From NCBI GenBank assembly GCA_014239335.1, contig JAAZZC010000239.1:1-56442 (forward strand): a stretch of DNA of 56,442 bases. Reading direction: 5' to 3'. Positions 55,370-56,442 of this stretch are shown here, one piece after another; the first letter of the stretch is position 1; the number at the start of each line of letters is the position of its first letter. The notes under the pieces were generated by a model. That model was not told where the DNA came from. It did not search any database and worked only from the letters and a program-made list of their open reading frames with translations. Source of the stretch: Verrucomicrobiales bacterium (lineage in GTDB: Bacteria > Verrucomicrobiota > Verrucomicrobiia > Verrucomicrobiales > DEV007). The translations under genes were made by a program, and so were the position numbers.

Positions 55370-56442
55370 ATGATATTAATTCGTCTCATCATCCTTAGTT
55401 CCCTGGTATTGATTTCAACCTCATTAGCTGAAAAATACCCCCCTCCTCCTGGCGGCTGGGACTATAATTTTAACGGAAGCTCTGATTCAAATGTATCAAC
55501 TAAGGCACTGGACGGAACATGGGACCATAACAATAGTTCAGATCATTGGGACGGAACCGCTCCCGGCACAGGCAATCCCGGAGGAGTGGTCACGGTCCCC
55601 ATAAGTGGTGAGCCCGGTAACAAAGCGCTACTAATAGTGGATGCGGTCAAGTCTTCAGGAACGAACAATAACCGCAGGCTGACACTGACACATGATCTGG
55701 AAACGAACGAAGGGACACCAGCAGACTTTATGGATGACGGTGCAACTTTCGCCTTCAGGCTGCGTCTACCAGAATCAGCCACTGACTTAGAGAATGCTCC
55801 CAATGGGTTAACTCCTCACAGTGGGGCAAAAGGAATCATTAATTTCAGAGGGTCAGGAGGTCGGGTCGGTTTTGCGTTTGGAATCGCGGGGACTGACTCT
55901 GCTTATGAGGAGAGCGGAATGTTCATCAGTGACAGTTCCAATACAATTTTCAAAGGCCTTGATCCTACGGTCTGGAATGAGTTCTGGGTAACGATAAGAA
56001 AAAACGAAGAGAACAGTGCAAAGTACGATCTTAAGATCTACATGAATGAAGCGACTGTGCCTGATTTCTCAGAGACGATCTCCCTAGCAACGAGCAGTGA
56101 TGAAAGGTATCCCTACATGTCGATGCAACTCTCATCGACTTCTGATGAAGGAGCCGTAGAAATTGATTATATAGCGTATAAGGACGGGCTCTTCCTGCCG
56201 AACAATTCAGATAACGATGAATTGCCTGACACTTGGGAAATGAGTCATTTCCCTGATCTTCTTCAAAATGAGAATGGAGACCCTGACTCTGATGGGCTTA
56301 TCAATGGAAGCGAATTCACCTACAGCACTGATCCCAACTTGCCAGACACTGACGCGGACGGGATCAAGGACGGACATGAAGTCAATGTTTCCGGCACTGA
56401 TCCCAATTCTTCCGACACTGATAAGGATGGACTCAGTGACGG
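55370..56442 (+). CDS. Secreted protein (5' partial; the 3' end runs off the window): concanavalin/LamG-like jelly-roll followed by thrombospondin-type-3-like Asp-rich calcium-binding repeats
   Basis: I translated this by hand because it is absent from the ORF track. MILIRLIILSSLVLISTSLA is a signal peptide. It continues ...LKIYMNEATVPDF...VEIDYIAYKDG, then DSDGLINGSEF, DTDADGIKDGHE and DTDKDGLSD. The frame is open to the window end. Confidence 0.7.
   Translation, partial: MILIRLIILSSLVLISTSLAEKYPPPPGGWDYNFNGSSDSNVSTKALDGTWDHNNSSDHWDGTAPGTGNPGGVVTVPISGEPGNKALLIVDAVKSSGTNNNRRLTLTHDLETNEGTPADFMDDGATFAFRLRLPESATDLENAPNGLTPHSGAKGIINFRGSGGRVGFAFGIAGTDSAYEESGMFISDSSNTIFKGLDPTVWNEFWVTIRKNEENSAKYDLKIYMNEATVPDFSETISLATSSDERYPYMSMQLSSTSDEGAVEIDYIAYKDGLFLPNNSDNDELPDTWEMSHFPDLLQNENGDPDSDGLINGSEFTYSTDPNLPDTDADGIKDGHEVNVSGTDPNSSDTDKDGLSD

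Noticed and set aside
55543-55803. 86-aa minus-strand ORF
   Set aside because: It is antisense to the hand-translated secreted protein gene starting at 55370, which has a signal peptide and recognisable repeats.
1-56442. Genome-wide reassignment of TGA to a sense codon as the explanation for the in-frame TGAs
   Set aside because: Many confidently identified genes here terminate at TGA at the expected protein end: the sulfatases at 2639, 25439 and 28373, accB, thiE and the 1,620-aa CotH gene. TGA is therefore a normal stop and any recoding must be local.

Overview
This 56.4 kb chromosomal window most likely comes from a marine polysaccharide-degrading member of the PVC superphylum (Verrucomicrobiota, Planctomycetota or Lentisphaerota). 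That assignment is an inference from gene content: five formylglycine-type sulfatases, many Sec/Tat/lipoprotein-exported enzymes, LTD/CotH giants and 'LLKYAFGLDP'-type C-terminal regions.

Positions 1-36.8 kb are mostly housekeeping genes. These are hom-thrC-lysC, bamA-skp-lpxD, ruvB, alr, accBC, thiE and tRNA-Thr. Interleaved with them are sulfatases and sugar-acid or sugar-modifying enzymes: an enolase-superfamily protein, Gfo/Idh/MocA, ABM, PfkB kinase, AGE epimerase and SMP-30 lactonase. A low-GC islet of orphan small lipoproteins sits next to the tRNA.

Positions 36.8-56.4 kb form an island of very large secreted proteins built from eukaryote-ECM-like modules: lamin-tail domains, CotH kinase, discoidin, LamG, an FG-GAP/ASPIC propeller and thrombospondin-type-3 repeats.

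The observations I consider most worth follow-up are:
1. Two in-frame TGA codons, each followed at E. coli-SECIS-like spacing by a small hairpin with GU in the loop. One lies in a thioredoxin-fold exported protein (motif T-C-T-TGA). The other splits a 7-bladed FG-GAP/ASPIC lipoprotein after blade 6.
2. A visibly GC-richer 7.3 kb two-gene cassette (discoidin protein plus a 1,880-aa LTD-CotH protein) bracketed by 58-bp direct repeats. The repeats duplicate the 5' end of the neighbouring SMP-30 gene.
3. A LamG-module DNA repeat of about 565 bp in three copies. Two copies are about 92% identical.
4. Two sulfatases with non-canonical formylglycine motifs.

I found no CRISPR array, transposase, integrase, rRNA or recognisable defence system. 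All family assignments rest on motif recognition by eye, with no database search.
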